Source: an uncultured Phycisphaerales bacterium (GTDB lineage: Bacteria > Planctomycetota > Phycisphaerae > Tepidisphaerales > Tepidisphaeraceae). From it: a stretch of DNA of 64,000 nt. The position numbers and the translations under genes are program-made. The notes under the pieces are model-generated. The model was not told the DNA's origin and did not search any database. It saw nothing but the letters and a program-made list of their open reading frames with translations. Shown here piece by piece: positions 20,267 to 29,609 of this stretch (position 1 is its first letter; each line of letters opens with the position of its first letter). The DNA lies in the NCBI GenBank assembly GCA_963844715.1, contig CAWJPJ010000005.1, forward strand, positions 224,001 to 288,000, written 5' to 3'.

Positions 20267-20875
20267 ATGGCACTCATTGACAAACTATTCGGCAGCCGCA
20301 AGACGCTGAGCCGCCTGTCGCGGCAGGAGCTGCGCAAGGAAGAAATCCTCCTTACCCGGCAGCGGGACCGGCTCTTCGAGCGGCTCGATAAGCTGGTCGT
20401 CGAGAAGCAGAAAATCTTCCAGCAGGGGGCGGGGCAAAAATCGCCGGAAGTGCGCGAGGCGCGTGCGCAGACGTTTGAGCTGAAAACGCAGGAACAACTG
20501 TTCGCGGCCCGCGAGCTAACGCTGCGGAGCAAGGAATTACTGACGGTTTCGCGCTTGCGGCTGATCAAGGAGCGGAACGAACGCGGGAAAGCCGCGGGTT
20601 TGCTTAATCTGACGGACGGGGATGTGGCGCGGATCAGCCAATGGATCAGCGACGACGCGGTTTCGCAGGACACCTATCAGGATCGATTGGATGCGCTGCT
20701 GGAACTGGGGACGGAATCGGATGCGGACGCGATCGCCGGCGCGGGGCTGACGGCCGCAGGGCAGGAACTGATGAAAGTGTGGAGCGACATGGACAAGGGC
20801 GTAGTGAAGGGCGATCGCGCCTTTGCCGCGGCCGACGAGGCGGTGCGGACCCGGCAGGCGGACGCGTCGCTGTAA
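20267..20875 (+). CDS. ESCRT-III/Snf7-like coiled-coil protein
   Basis: MALIDKLFGSRKT amphipathic start, basic helical hairpin, acidic C-terminal half, 202 aa. Confidence 0.55.
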   Translation: MALIDKLFGSRKTLSRLSRQELRKEEILLTRQRDRLFERLDKLVVEKQKIFQQGAGQKSPEVREARAQTFELKTQEQLFAARELTLRSKELLTVSRLRLIKERNERGKAAGLLNLTDGDVARISQWISDDAVSQDTYQDRLDALLELGTESDADAIAGAGLTAAGQELMKVWSDMDKGVVKGDRAFAAADEAVRTRQADASL

Positions 20876-20922
20876 GTATTGCGCCAAATTAGCGGCGGTC
20901 GCCGCGGCGCTTGCGAGTCATC

Positions 20923-21528
20923 ATGGGACTGTTCAAAACGGATTCGGAACGGCGGATCGAGCGCGAGCTGAAGATCAAGGGGGGCTGCGCAGCGATCGAG
21001 CGCTCGATCCGGCAGCAGGAGAAATTCGCCGAAGATTTCATCCAGAACGCGCGGAAGGCGCGAAAAATCGGGGACGAGGGGCAATACCAATTCATCCGCA
21101 ACGCGCTGAAGCGCACCGCGGCCATCAAGAAGATGCTGGAGCGGCAGCTTCTGTCGATGAAGAACGCCATGCTGATTCAGCAGCAGGCGCAGGCCAGCCG
21201 GGAATTTTCCGAGTCGATGAACCTGATGGCGCAGCAGATCGGGCAAGTCTTCGGGGAGCTGGACCTCACCAAGACGCAATCGCAATGGGAGAAAGCGGTA
21301 ACCCAGGCCTCCAGCATCGAGGAGCGGATGGATTTGTTCCTGGATTCGATGGAGCAATCGTCGGAACTGGGGGCGTCCGCGCCGGCGCCGCGCGAGGGCC
21401 TGGTAACGGATGACGAAATCGACCGGATGATCGCGGCGGACGTTCTGGCGGAAGAGCGCACGGAACTGGGAAAGCTGGACCAACTCGAATCGGAAATCGC
21501 CAAGGAACTGGGGAAAAACGCGGAATGA
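20923..21528 (+). CDS. ESCRT-III/Snf7-family protein (Vps24/Vps2-like)
   Basis: MGLFKT, ARKARKIGD hairpin turn, IEERMDLFLDSME, DDEIDRMI, 201 aa. Confidence 0.7.
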   Translation: MGLFKTDSERRIERELKIKGGCAAIERSIRQQEKFAEDFIQNARKARKIGDEGQYQFIRNALKRTAAIKKMLERQLLSMKNAMLIQQQAQASREFSESMNLMAQQIGQVFGELDLTKTQSQWEKAVTQASSIEERMDLFLDSMEQSSELGASAPAPREGLVTDDEIDRMIAADVLAEERTELGKLDQLESEIAKELGKNAE

Positions 21529-21564
21529 TCGCCGCGGACATCGATGCCTGCTAGAATATCTGCG

Positions 21565-21785
21565 ATGCCGTTGAATAACGTCATTCAAATCGACCCAGAA
21601 GTCCAAGGCGGGGCGCTTGCTTTACCGGTACGCGCGTTCCAGTGAAGTCTCTCTTTGACGCGTTGCGGCACGGCCGGTCAATCGATTACTTCCTCGAACA
21701 ATTTCCCTCGGTCAAGCGGGAACAGGCATTGCGGCTATTAGAAGAAGCGGCAGCGCTGGTTTCTTCCGGGCCGCGCGCGGCATGA
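21565..21785 (+). CDS. DUF433-family antitoxin, frameshifted
   Basis: Manual: MPLNNVIQIDPEVQGGA-CFTGTRVPVKSLFDALRHGRSIDYFLEQFPSVKREQALRLLE. Confidence 0.8.
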
Positions 21786-21829
21786 AAGTGTCGCTCGACG
21801 AGAACCTTCCTCACCAATTGCGGGGTTGA
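21782..21829 (+). pseudogene. Truncated DUF5615/PIN toxin remnant
   Basis: MKVSLDENLPHQLRG*; ATGA overlap with the DUF433 stop; Rieske gene begins 8 bp later. Confidence 0.7.
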
Positions 21830-21837
21830 ATCGATTC

Positions 21838-22164
21838 ATGTCGTGGACGAGTCTTTGCCAACTCGATGAATTGAGCGAAACAACCGGGAAATACGTCGAA
21901 ATCGACGGGTTCCAGTTGGCGGTTTTCCTGGTGGGCGGAGCGGTGCATGTCCTTGACAACACTTGCCCGCACGCGGGGGGACCTCTGGCGGAGGGAGAAA
22001 TCGAGGGGGATTGCGTGGCGTGCCCTTGGCATCAATGGACGTTTCGAGTCACCGACGGCAGACTTCGCGGAGCGGAAACAGTGGGAGTGACGCACTATTC
22101 CACGCGGAAGTTTGAGCGGCCGGGGCAGCCGACGCTGGTGCAGGCGGATTTGCCGATTTATTGA
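21838..22164 (+). CDS. Rieske (2Fe-2S) ferredoxin (NirD-like)
   Basis: CPHAGGPL, CPWHQWTF. Confidence 0.88.
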   Translation: MSWTSLCQLDELSETTGKYVEIDGFQLAVFLVGGAVHVLDNTCPHAGGPLAEGEIEGDCVACPWHQWTFRVTDGRLRGAETVGVTHYSTRKFERPGQPTLVQADLPIY

Positions 22165-22173
22165 GGTGAGGTT

Positions 22174-22918
22174 TTAGGGGTCGATTCGCCGCGGCCGATG
22201 GACTGTGACAGGCGAGCCTTCGGCGACGATCGCCGACACGGGGGGCTTCTTCAGATATTCGACGAACGATGGGCCATACGACTCCTCGACGTTGGCACAG
22301 AGTTCCGGAGATTCCGCGTGCCAGATTCGCCATGGGCGATGAATGACGCGATATTCGATTGTGCTGCCGTCGGCGCTGGCGGGTGTATCCCCAGTAATGA
22401 TCGGTGACGAAAGCAGCGAGCGGATCGGCGGGTTCGGCGGGCGAACCAACTGCCGTGGCCGCGACGTGATCCCATTTCCCAGACCATTGCCATGAGTAAG
22501 AGATTCTTCCCGGCGAATTGACGAGTTCGCTGGGTGCGGTGCTGCGCATGGCGACCGCGATATACGGCTCCTGATACGCCCGCCGGGCGATGGATGCGAT
22601 CGAACGGCGCGGGACGAGTTCGCGGACAAAGCAGACGCCGCGGCGAATTTCGCCGTCGGGCATCTCGCGGCGTACGTAGAACCGGAGATTGACCTCGTCG
22701 AAATTGCGATGGAAGGGGATGGGTATATGGAACAATCGCGTGTTAAGAAAGCGAAACCCGACGACGCTGACGAGCGCTGTGTCGTGATGCAGATCTAGGC
22801 AAACGCCGGCAGGGCAGAGCGGCCCGAGAATCGCGGCGGGGACCTGGTATGTCAGCATCACCAGATAGCGCCACTCGGCCGAAAGGAAGCGGCCGGGTTG
22901 ACGGGGTGATTTTTTCAA
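22174..22918 (-). CDS. DUF2071 (YqjF-like) protein, frameshifted
   Basis: FLSAEWRYL, NFDEVNLRFYV, DHYWGYT, EYRVIHRPW. Confidence 0.85.
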
Positions 22919-22927
22919 GGGTTTTGG

Positions 22928-24073
22928 TCAGCCGGCTTCAGCTTCCCTGGGGAGACTCTTCCGCAAGCCGCGGATATCCTGCAAAAATTCTTTTCGCAAA
23001 ATATAGCGTGTCAGGGTCGCCGCGCCGAAGGAGAAGACGAAAACGTCGGCGGGCGTTGGATTCAGCAGGCGGCGCGAGGTCCACCAGGCGATGAGGATGC
23101 AGACGAGCCACTCGGCGGCGGAGATCACGGCGAAATCGAGCCAGGGGCGGGGGCGGACGATGAACTCGCGCTGGGTGCGTACATAGCGGAGATGAAAAAT
23201 CGCCGTCGCGAGGATTGCGGCCGGATAGGAGAGGGCGGCGGCGTGAATGGGGTGGCGGATGCCGTCGAGCCATAAGAACGCCGCCAGGCCTGCGAGCCAG
23301 CCTATTACGGTGGCGATGAGGAATTTGCTGACCGGGGAGAGTCGCGGGTATTTGAAATCGTACAAGCGGCTGAGGTGTTCCAGATATTTAAACTGCTGCT
23401 TGAGGGACAGCTTGGATCGCCCCTTTTGCCTGAGCCCGAAATGGATGGGGATCTCGCGGACGGACGTGACGCGCGCCTTGCACATCAGCTCCAGGGCGAT
23501 TTTATATCCGAGGGGGGTAAGCTGCTTCGCGCCGGCGTAGGTTTCCCGGCGCAGGGCGAAAAAGCCGGCCATGGGGTCGGTAATTCTGCCCGCGAAAGAT
23601 CGGGCAAGAAACGTCGCGACCCTGGAATTGATTTTTCGAAGCGTGCCCCAGGTATCGGCGGTGCTTCCCCCCGGCACGTAGCGCGAGCCAACGACAAAAT
23701 CCGCGCTGCGATCGCGCAATGGAGCGAGCAACTCGGGCAATTTTTCGGGCGGGTGCTGCAAATCGGCGTCCATCACGCACAGGAATTCGCCGTGAGCCTG
23801 GGCCATTCCATGCAGGACAGCGCCGCTCAGGCCGTTTTCCGGCTCCTTCCGAACGAGCAAGCGGACGGGGTACGTTTTGGACAGATCGGCGCAGACACCC
23901 GCGGTGTTATCGCGGCTGTTGTCGTCGACGATGAGGACCTCATACGCGGCGGGCCGCAGGGCGGCGTCGATGCGCTTCAGGAGCTCGGGCAGATTTTCCG
24001 CCTCGTTGATTGTGGGGACGATGACCGAAACTTCCGGCGCCGGGGAAGGCGAAGTGGGAGAAGTTGAATCCAT
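22928..24073 (-). CDS. GT2 polyprenol-phosphate glycosyltransferase with membrane C-terminal domain
   Basis: VIVPTINEAENL, VDDNSRD, MDADLQHPPE, GSRY, DPMAGFF. Confidence 0.88.
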   Translation of the reverse strand: MDSTSPTSPSPAPEVSVIVPTINEAENLPELLKRIDAALRPAAYEVLIVDDNSRDNTAGVCADLSKTYPVRLLVRKEPENGLSGAVLHGMAQAHGEFLCVMDADLQHPPEKLPELLAPLRDRSADFVVGSRYVPGGSTADTWGTLRKINSRVATFLARSFAGRITDPMAGFFALRRETYAGAKQLTPLGYKIALELMCKARVTSVREIPIHFGLRQKGRSKLSLKQQFKYLEHLSRLYDFKYPRLSPVSKFLIATVIGWLAGLAAFLWLDGIRHPIHAAALSYPAAILATAIFHLRYVRTQREFIVRPRPWLDFAVISAAEWLVCILIAWWTSRRLLNPTPADVFVFSFGAATLTRYILRKEFLQDIRGLRKSLPREAEAG

Positions 24074-24996
24074 CAGTTGTCGGCGCCGGAACTGCCGTCG
24101 ACGGTTGAGTCAATCGCAACGCCGATGCAATTCGCGACACTGCGCTCGATTGACAGAGGGATCAACAAATCATGCCCGTCGCTGGGGCGATTGACAACGG
24201 TGGGGTCCGTGCCGCCGTAGCTGACGGCCATGGTGGAACTTCCGCCGCTGTCGAGGATCAAAGCGGTCCAGGCGCCGAGGCGGAGCATTTCCTGTCCCAC
24301 CTGATATTCACTGATTCCCTCCGAATATCCGGGCCTCCGTCCATCAACAACCAGGAAGATCAGATTTTTCCCCTCATGGTCGACTCCAACCGCCGTTCGT
24401 GGAGCGAGGATGGACTTGTCCTCGGGATGCTCGTCGGGAAGGCGGGCGCTCTTGCCCTCCTTGACGATTACGAAGGTGCCGGTGAGAGCCTGAGTCGTTT
24501 GCGGGGGAAGCGTCATAAATTGGCCGATGGAGGCATGGTTTTTTCCTTCGACGACGAGGGTGGGCCAATCTGGATGTTTAGGATGACGGGTCAGGAGCAC
24601 GCCATCGCTGACGAGCCAGCCGATGGGGCGCGTCGGGTTTCCGTCGAAGTAGGGATATTTGATTCCGAGGATGGATTCGGCGTCCTTGGTTCCGAAGGGG
24701 CTGCCGTTGATGGCGATAGCGAGATGGTTGCGGCGGGCAAGACTCGAGACGGTCAGGAGGGATATGTTCCAGGGTTCGGGCGAAGTGGGGTCGACGGCGC
24801 AAGCGACTTTGACGTGCACCGAGGGATCGGTGAGATCCACCTTGGCGACGTAAAGCCTCAGGGCCGGATTGGTTCTGATTTCGGGAGTGAAGATGATCGG
24901 TCCGTGCGGCCGCAGATTTACCGCCGGAGCCGGCGCTAGGGACGAAAGGGCGAGAATCGCCAAAAAGATCGGCAGGATTTTGAAGGTTCGAAACAT
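24073..24996 (-). CDS. Phosphodiester glycosidase (NAGPA/DUF2233) family protein
   Basis: AING, PRTAVG, VVDGRR, LDSGGSSTM, NRPSDG, ERSVAN. Confidence 0.85.
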   Translation of the reverse strand: MFRTFKILPIFLAILALSSLAPAPAVNLRPHGPIIFTPEIRTNPALRLYVAKVDLTDPSVHVKVACAVDPTSPEPWNISLLTVSSLARRNHLAIAINGSPFGTKDAESILGIKYPYFDGNPTRPIGWLVSDGVLLTRHPKHPDWPTLVVEGKNHASIGQFMTLPPQTTQALTGTFVIVKEGKSARLPDEHPEDKSILAPRTAVGVDHEGKNLIFLVVDGRRPGYSEGISEYQVGQEMLRLGAWTALILDSGGSSTMAVSYGGTDPTVVNRPSDGHDLLIPLSIERSVANCIGVAIDSTVDGSSGADN

Positions 24997-25128
24997 TGCT
25001 TATTTTCCCGCGGCCGTTCCCGAGGCGGGTGTTATAACGGATTATCCCGCTTTGGGCACAAAATTATTGGTTGTTAAAAGCTTAGCTTGCCGGGATTAAG
25101 GCTTCATTATAACCTCTGGCGGCCGTAT

Positions 25129-26040
25129 ATGAGCATCCTCGTCGGAAAAACCACCCAAGTCATATGCCAGGGAATAACCGGTTCCGCTGGGGCTTTTCAC
25201 ACCAAGGGATGCCTCGAATACGGGACGAAAATAGTCGGAGGAACCACTCCGGGCAAGGGGGGAGGAAAAGATGCAAATGGTCTGCCGATTTTTGACACCG
25301 TACGGCAGGCCGTGGACGCGACCGGCGCCAGCGCGACGATGATCTTCGTTCCACCGCCGTTTGCGGCAGACGCGATAATCGAGGCCGCCGATGCAGGAAT
25401 TGCAGTAATCGTCGCGATTACCGAGGGGATTCCGGTCCTGGATATGGTCGCGGCCAAGGCGTACCTCAAGGAAAAGCCGAAGAGCGTTTTGATCGGGCCA
25501 AATTGCCCGGGGATCATCACGCCGGGGGAATGCAAGATCGGAATCATGCCCGGTTACATTCATACCCCGGCATCGCAAGCCAGAAGCGGGAAGAAAGTGG
25601 GGATCATCAGCCGAAGCGGGACGCTCACCTACGAAGCGGTGTGGCAGTGCACCACGCGCGGAATCGGGCAGACGACGTGCGTGGGAATCGGCGGGGATCC
25701 CGTGAAGGGATTGAATTTCATCGAACTGCTTGCCATGTTCGCCGATGATCCGCAAACCGATGGGATCATCCTGATCGGAGAAATCGGCGGCGCGGACGAG
25801 GAAGCGGCGGCGCACTACGTGCAGGAAAAGGTCAAAAAACCGGTGACGGCTTTCATCGCGGGGCGAACCGCGCCCGCGGGGCGGAGAATGGGACACGCGG
25901 GGGCGATCATCAGCGGGGGCGAGGGCGGCGCGGAAACCAAAATCGCTGCACTGAAAAAAGCGGGGATCGCGGTGGCGGACAGCCCGGCGACGATTGGCGA
26001 GACAATGGCCGAGGCGTTGGGCGTTACGACGCCGGCTTGA
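25129..26040 (+). CDS. sucD: Succinyl-CoA synthetase alpha subunit
   Basis: [33 protein letters not shown]. Confidence 0.96.
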   Translation: MSILVGKTTQVICQGITGSAGAFHTKGCLEYGTKIVGGTTPGKGGGKDANGLPIFDTVRQAVDATGASATMIFVPPPFAADAIIEAADAGIAVIVAITEGIPVLDMVAAKAYLKEKPKSVLIGPNCPGIITPGECKIGIMPGYIHTPASQARSGKKVGIISRSGTLTYEAVWQCTTRGIGQTTCVGIGGDPVKGLNFIELLAMFADDPQTDGIILIGEIGGADEEAAAHYVQEKVKKPVTAFIAGRTAPAGRRMGHAGAIISGGEGGAETKIAALKKAGIAVADSPATIGETMAEALGVTTPA

Positions 26041-26581
26041 GCAGGGCGAGGACTTCCGCGTTTCCGCCGTGGCCTTTCATGGGGCTGGGGGTCGAGGCGG
26101 ACCAGACGAAGCCGGAGTTTTCAGCATCACGCCGCACGGCGTGCAAAATCTCTTCAAGCTTTTCCTGTGGGAGGACGCCGTTTCTTAAGTCACCCGCGTC
26201 AGCTTCGTAGTGCGGTTTGATGAGTGTAATGACGATGCCATCGGCGGGAATCATGTGCCGGGCGGGGGGCAGAATGCTGCGCTGTTTGGTCCATCCGACG
26301 TCGATAGTCACGATCTGAATTGGTTGCGGAAGCTCGACGTGCATGGCATTGGTCCGTTCCATCACAACCACGCGGGGATCCTTTCGCAGTTTCCAATCGA
26401 GCGCCCCATATCCTGTATCGACGGCATAGACTTTGGCCGCCCCGCGCTGCAGGAGGCAATCCGTGAATCCGCCTGCGTTGGAGCCTAAATCAGCGCAGAT
26501 TTTCGCGGTGACGTCGATGCCGAATGTGGAGAGGGCGTGATCGAGTTTTCGTCCGGCTCGGGAGGCAAAGGGCTCGAGCAT
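26024..26581 (-). CDS. TlyA-family rRNA methyltransferase lacking the S4 domain
   Basis: [37 protein letters not shown]. Confidence 0.85.
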   Translation of the reverse strand: MLEPFASRAGRKLDHALSTFGIDVTAKICADLGSNAGGFTDCLLQRGAAKVYAVDTGYGALDWKLRKDPRVVVMERTNAMHVELPQPIQIVTIDVGWTKQRSILPPARHMIPADGIVITLIKPHYEADAGDLRNGVLPQEKLEEILHAVRRDAENSGFVWSASTPSPMKGHGGNAEVLALLKPAS

Positions 26582-26647
26582 ATTCGGTATTGAATCGTAA
26601 AGGGGCGTGCATTGGAAATCGGCTGACGTGCGCGTAAAGTTTTGGGC

Positions 26648-27646
26648 ATGGAAACGCGACGCCTGGGGAACTCGGATCTCTACGTGACGCCGGTGATATT
26701 CGGGGCATGGGCGATTGGCGGATGGATGTGGGGGAAGACCAATGACGCGGCGGCGATCGACGCGATTCGCGCCTCAATCGATCAGGGAGTGAATGCCATC
26801 GACACGGCGGCGGTGTATGGGATGGGGCACAGCGAGATGCTGGTGGCCAAGGCGATCGAGGGGAAGCGTGACAAGTTGATTATCGCGACCAAATGCGGAA
26901 TGCGGTGGGACACGAAGGAGGGATCGGACCCCTGGGCGCAAATCGATAACGATGAAAACCCGATCACGATCATGAAGAACTCGAAGCCGGCGAGCATCGC
27001 CTGGGAGTGCGAGCAGAGCCTCAGACGGCTCGAGACGGATGTGATCGATCTTTATCAAATCCATCGCCCGGATTTGGCGACGCCGATCGAGGAATCGACG
27101 GCGGCGCTGGAGAAGTTGAGGAAAGAAGGAAAAGTCCGGGCGATCGGAGTGAGCAATTACGGGATGCCGATTCTAACCCGCGCGGCGGCGACGGCGCAAC
27201 TGGCGAGCAACCAGCCGGCGTATAGCGTCATCCAGCGGGATATCGAGAAAGAGGTGATTCCGTTTTGCCGGGAGAAGCAGATTGGGATTATCTGTTATTC
27301 CCCGCTGGAGAGGGGGCTTCTGACCGGGGCGGTGGGGCCGGACCGGACGTTTGCGCCGACGGATCATCGGAACAAGCACAAATTTTTCACGCAGGAGAAT
27401 CGGCAGCGCGTGGCCGATGCGCTGGCGAAGATCAAGCCGATCGCGGATGGCCATGGGGCGACCGTCGGGCAGACGATGATCGCCTGGACGATCCGCCAGC
27501 CGGGGATCACGGCGGCGCTGGTGGGGGCGCGGAATCCGGAGCAGGCGGAGCACAACGCCAAGGCGATGAATGTGTCGCTGAATGCCGATGAATTGGGGCA
27601 GATTCGGGCTGCGTTTGACCAGTGCGCGGCGGTTATGTCGCGGTAG
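26648..27646 (+). CDS. Aldo/keto reductase
   Basis: DTAAVYG.GHSE, IATKCG, IDLYQIH, IGVSN, YSPLERGLLTG. Confidence 0.93.
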   Translation: METRRLGNSDLYVTPVIFGAWAIGGWMWGKTNDAAAIDAIRASIDQGVNAIDTAAVYGMGHSEMLVAKAIEGKRDKLIIATKCGMRWDTKEGSDPWAQIDNDENPITIMKNSKPASIAWECEQSLRRLETDVIDLYQIHRPDLATPIEESTAALEKLRKEGKVRAIGVSNYGMPILTRAAATAQLASNQPAYSVIQRDIEKEVIPFCREKQIGIICYSPLERGLLTGAVGPDRTFAPTDHRNKHKFFTQENRQRVADALAKIKPIADGHGATVGQTMIAWTIRQPGITAALVGARNPEQAEHNAKAMNVSLNADELGQIRAAFDQCAAVMSR

Positions 27647-28647
27647 AGAAAGATTTCAAGATCGCCTCGAAGAGCGGGTCCTCCTGGCCGGGCGGGAAAT
27701 GGATCGTCAGTTGGGCTCTGAGAATGGGGGCGGCGGGTTTTAGCCGCGAGATTTTCGCCCAATCTTTTTCGGTGGTAATCAGGTATTCGGCTCCGGCGGT
27801 CGGAAGTTGGGCTAAATCGGTTCGGGTATAGGCGTGATGATCGGGGAATGCCTCGGTTCCCGTGGGTTTACCCAGGCGTTCAGCGAGGGTGGCAAAAAAG
27901 CTGTCGGGAGAGCCCAGGCCGCAGAAAGCGAAATAGCTCTTGCCGGATGGGTTTATCTCCTGACCCTCGGCGTTTAGGAACGCGCCGAGTTGGTGATCGG
28001 CACGATAGATCGGAGCTGTCGAATTGTGCCGCCAAAGCTTCAGCCCGATCTGGGAGAGGTTTGCCGGCGGGACTTCGGAGGCGTGAGTGATCAGGAACTG
28101 CGCTGGCCCTGCGCAATTCCTGAAGGGGCTCGCGCAATAATCCCCGGGGCAAAATTCGGTCGAATCCAAACGGATTGCGGGCGTTGATCAAAACTAAATC
28201 GAAGTTTCGTTTGGCGCCGCGATGTTGCATGGCATCGTCGAGGACGAAGACGGTCGTGTCGGGATGATCGCGGAGGGCGGCGGCCGCGCCGCGTACGCGG
28301 CTGCGATTAACGATCACCGGGGCGATCCCCGCCAGGGAATTTCTGAGCACTTCGGCTTCATCACTGATTCCCTCGGCGGTGGTTTTATAACCTCGCAATA
28401 AAACCGCCGGATGGTGATTGGATTTGGCCAATTTTGTGGCGAGCCAGATGGAGACCGGGGTTTTTCCCGTGCCGCCGGCCGTTATGTTGCCGACGCTGAC
28501 GGCCGGGCGCCCGAGGGAATGGGTCGCGAAATAACCCTTGTCGTACAGGGCATTGCGGATGCGCATCACGGTTGCATACAAAGGCTCGACGCACGCGGCG
28601 ACGGCTTCCAGGGCAGGGGGGAGAGGTGGTCGGTTTGAATCAGACAT
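27633..28647 (-). CDS. lpxK: Tetraacyldisaccharide 4'-kinase, frameshifted
   Basis: SVGNITAGGTGKTP, LRGY, SDE, LDDAMQH, LPRGLLRE, FPDHH, TTEKD. Confidence 0.93.
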
Positions 28648-29600
28648 TATAAACCCGCGCGCAAATATACATCGTCGCTTTGTCCAAAAACGATCGGCAT
28701 CGGTGGGACACGATTGAGCCGGAAGGGGTCGATGAGTTGATGGGGATCATCCACGGAGTCGCCGAGTGTGTCGATTCCGCACCATTTTGCCAGCAGGGCG
28801 AGCAGGCGGGAAGGCTTGACACCCAGTTCACGGTACATGGCGAGGCGCGTGTCGCCGTGCCGCTTGGCCAGCCGTTTGCCATCGGGTCCGATCACGAGGG
28901 GGACGTGGGTATAGCGGGTAATATTGCCCGCAGCGCCCAAAGCGCGATAGAGGAGAATCTGCCTCGGGGTGGAATCGAGGAGATCGTCGCCTCGGACGAC
29001 TTGATCGACTCCAGCGGCGATATCGTCGATGACAACGGCCAATTGATACGCGGCTGTTCCATCGGCCTTGGCGATGACAAAATCGCCAATTTGACTGGCA
29101 ACATTAAATGTCTGGGGGCCTAGAAAGGCGTCGTCGAAAATGATCGTTTCGTTCGGGGCGAGGAAGCGAGTCGCGGGTGGGCGGCCGGCTTTTTGCGTAG
29201 CTTCCTCAACGGATGAATATTTTCCTCGGCAAGTTCCGGGATAAATGCTCGCCCCGTCCTCCGCATGGGGTGCGCTGGCGGCGAGTTCCACTTCACGCCG
29301 CGTGCAGACGCAGGGATAGGCGAGGCCTTTATCGAGAAGCATTTTGATGGCCGCGGCGTAGGCCTCCCGGCGCGAGGATTGATAGATCGGCCCGTCGTCC
29401 CAATCGAGGCGCAGATATTCCATGTCGTCCATCAACATCGCATCCGCGCCCGATTTGACGCGCGGGGAATCGAGGTCTTCGATGCGGAGGATGATGCGCC
29501 AATCATTCTGGCGGGCCAGAAGCCAATTGATCAAAAACGTGCCGGCGTTTCCGAGATGCAAAGCCCCGGTGGGAGAAGGCGCCAGACGGGTGGTGGGCAT
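28647..29600 (-). CDS. gluQ: Glutamyl-queuosine tRNA(Asp) synthetase
   Basis: RLAPSPTGALHLGN, RIEDLD, YPGTCR, AYQLAVVIDD, RGDDL, RLAKRHG; no anticodon-binding domain. Confidence 0.9.
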   Translation of the reverse strand: MPTTRLAPSPTGALHLGNAGTFLINWLLARQNDWRIILRIEDLDSPRVKSGADAMLMDDMEYLRLDWDDGPIYQSSRREAYAAAIKMLLDKGLAYPCVCTRREVELAASAPHAEDGASIYPGTCRGKYSSVEEATQKAGRPPATRFLAPNETIIFDDAFLGPQTFNVASQIGDFVIAKADGTAAYQLAVVIDDIAAGVDQVVRGDDLLDSTPRQILLYRALGAAGNITRYTHVPLVIGPDGKRLAKRHGDTRLAMYRELGVKPSRLLALLAKWCGIDTLGDSVDDPHQLIDPFRLNRVPPMPIVFGQSDDVYLRAGL

Positions 29601-29609
29601 GTGTGGATT

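Noticed and set aside
25129..26040. sucD without adjacent sucC
   Set aside because: Split suc genes are not rare; little significance
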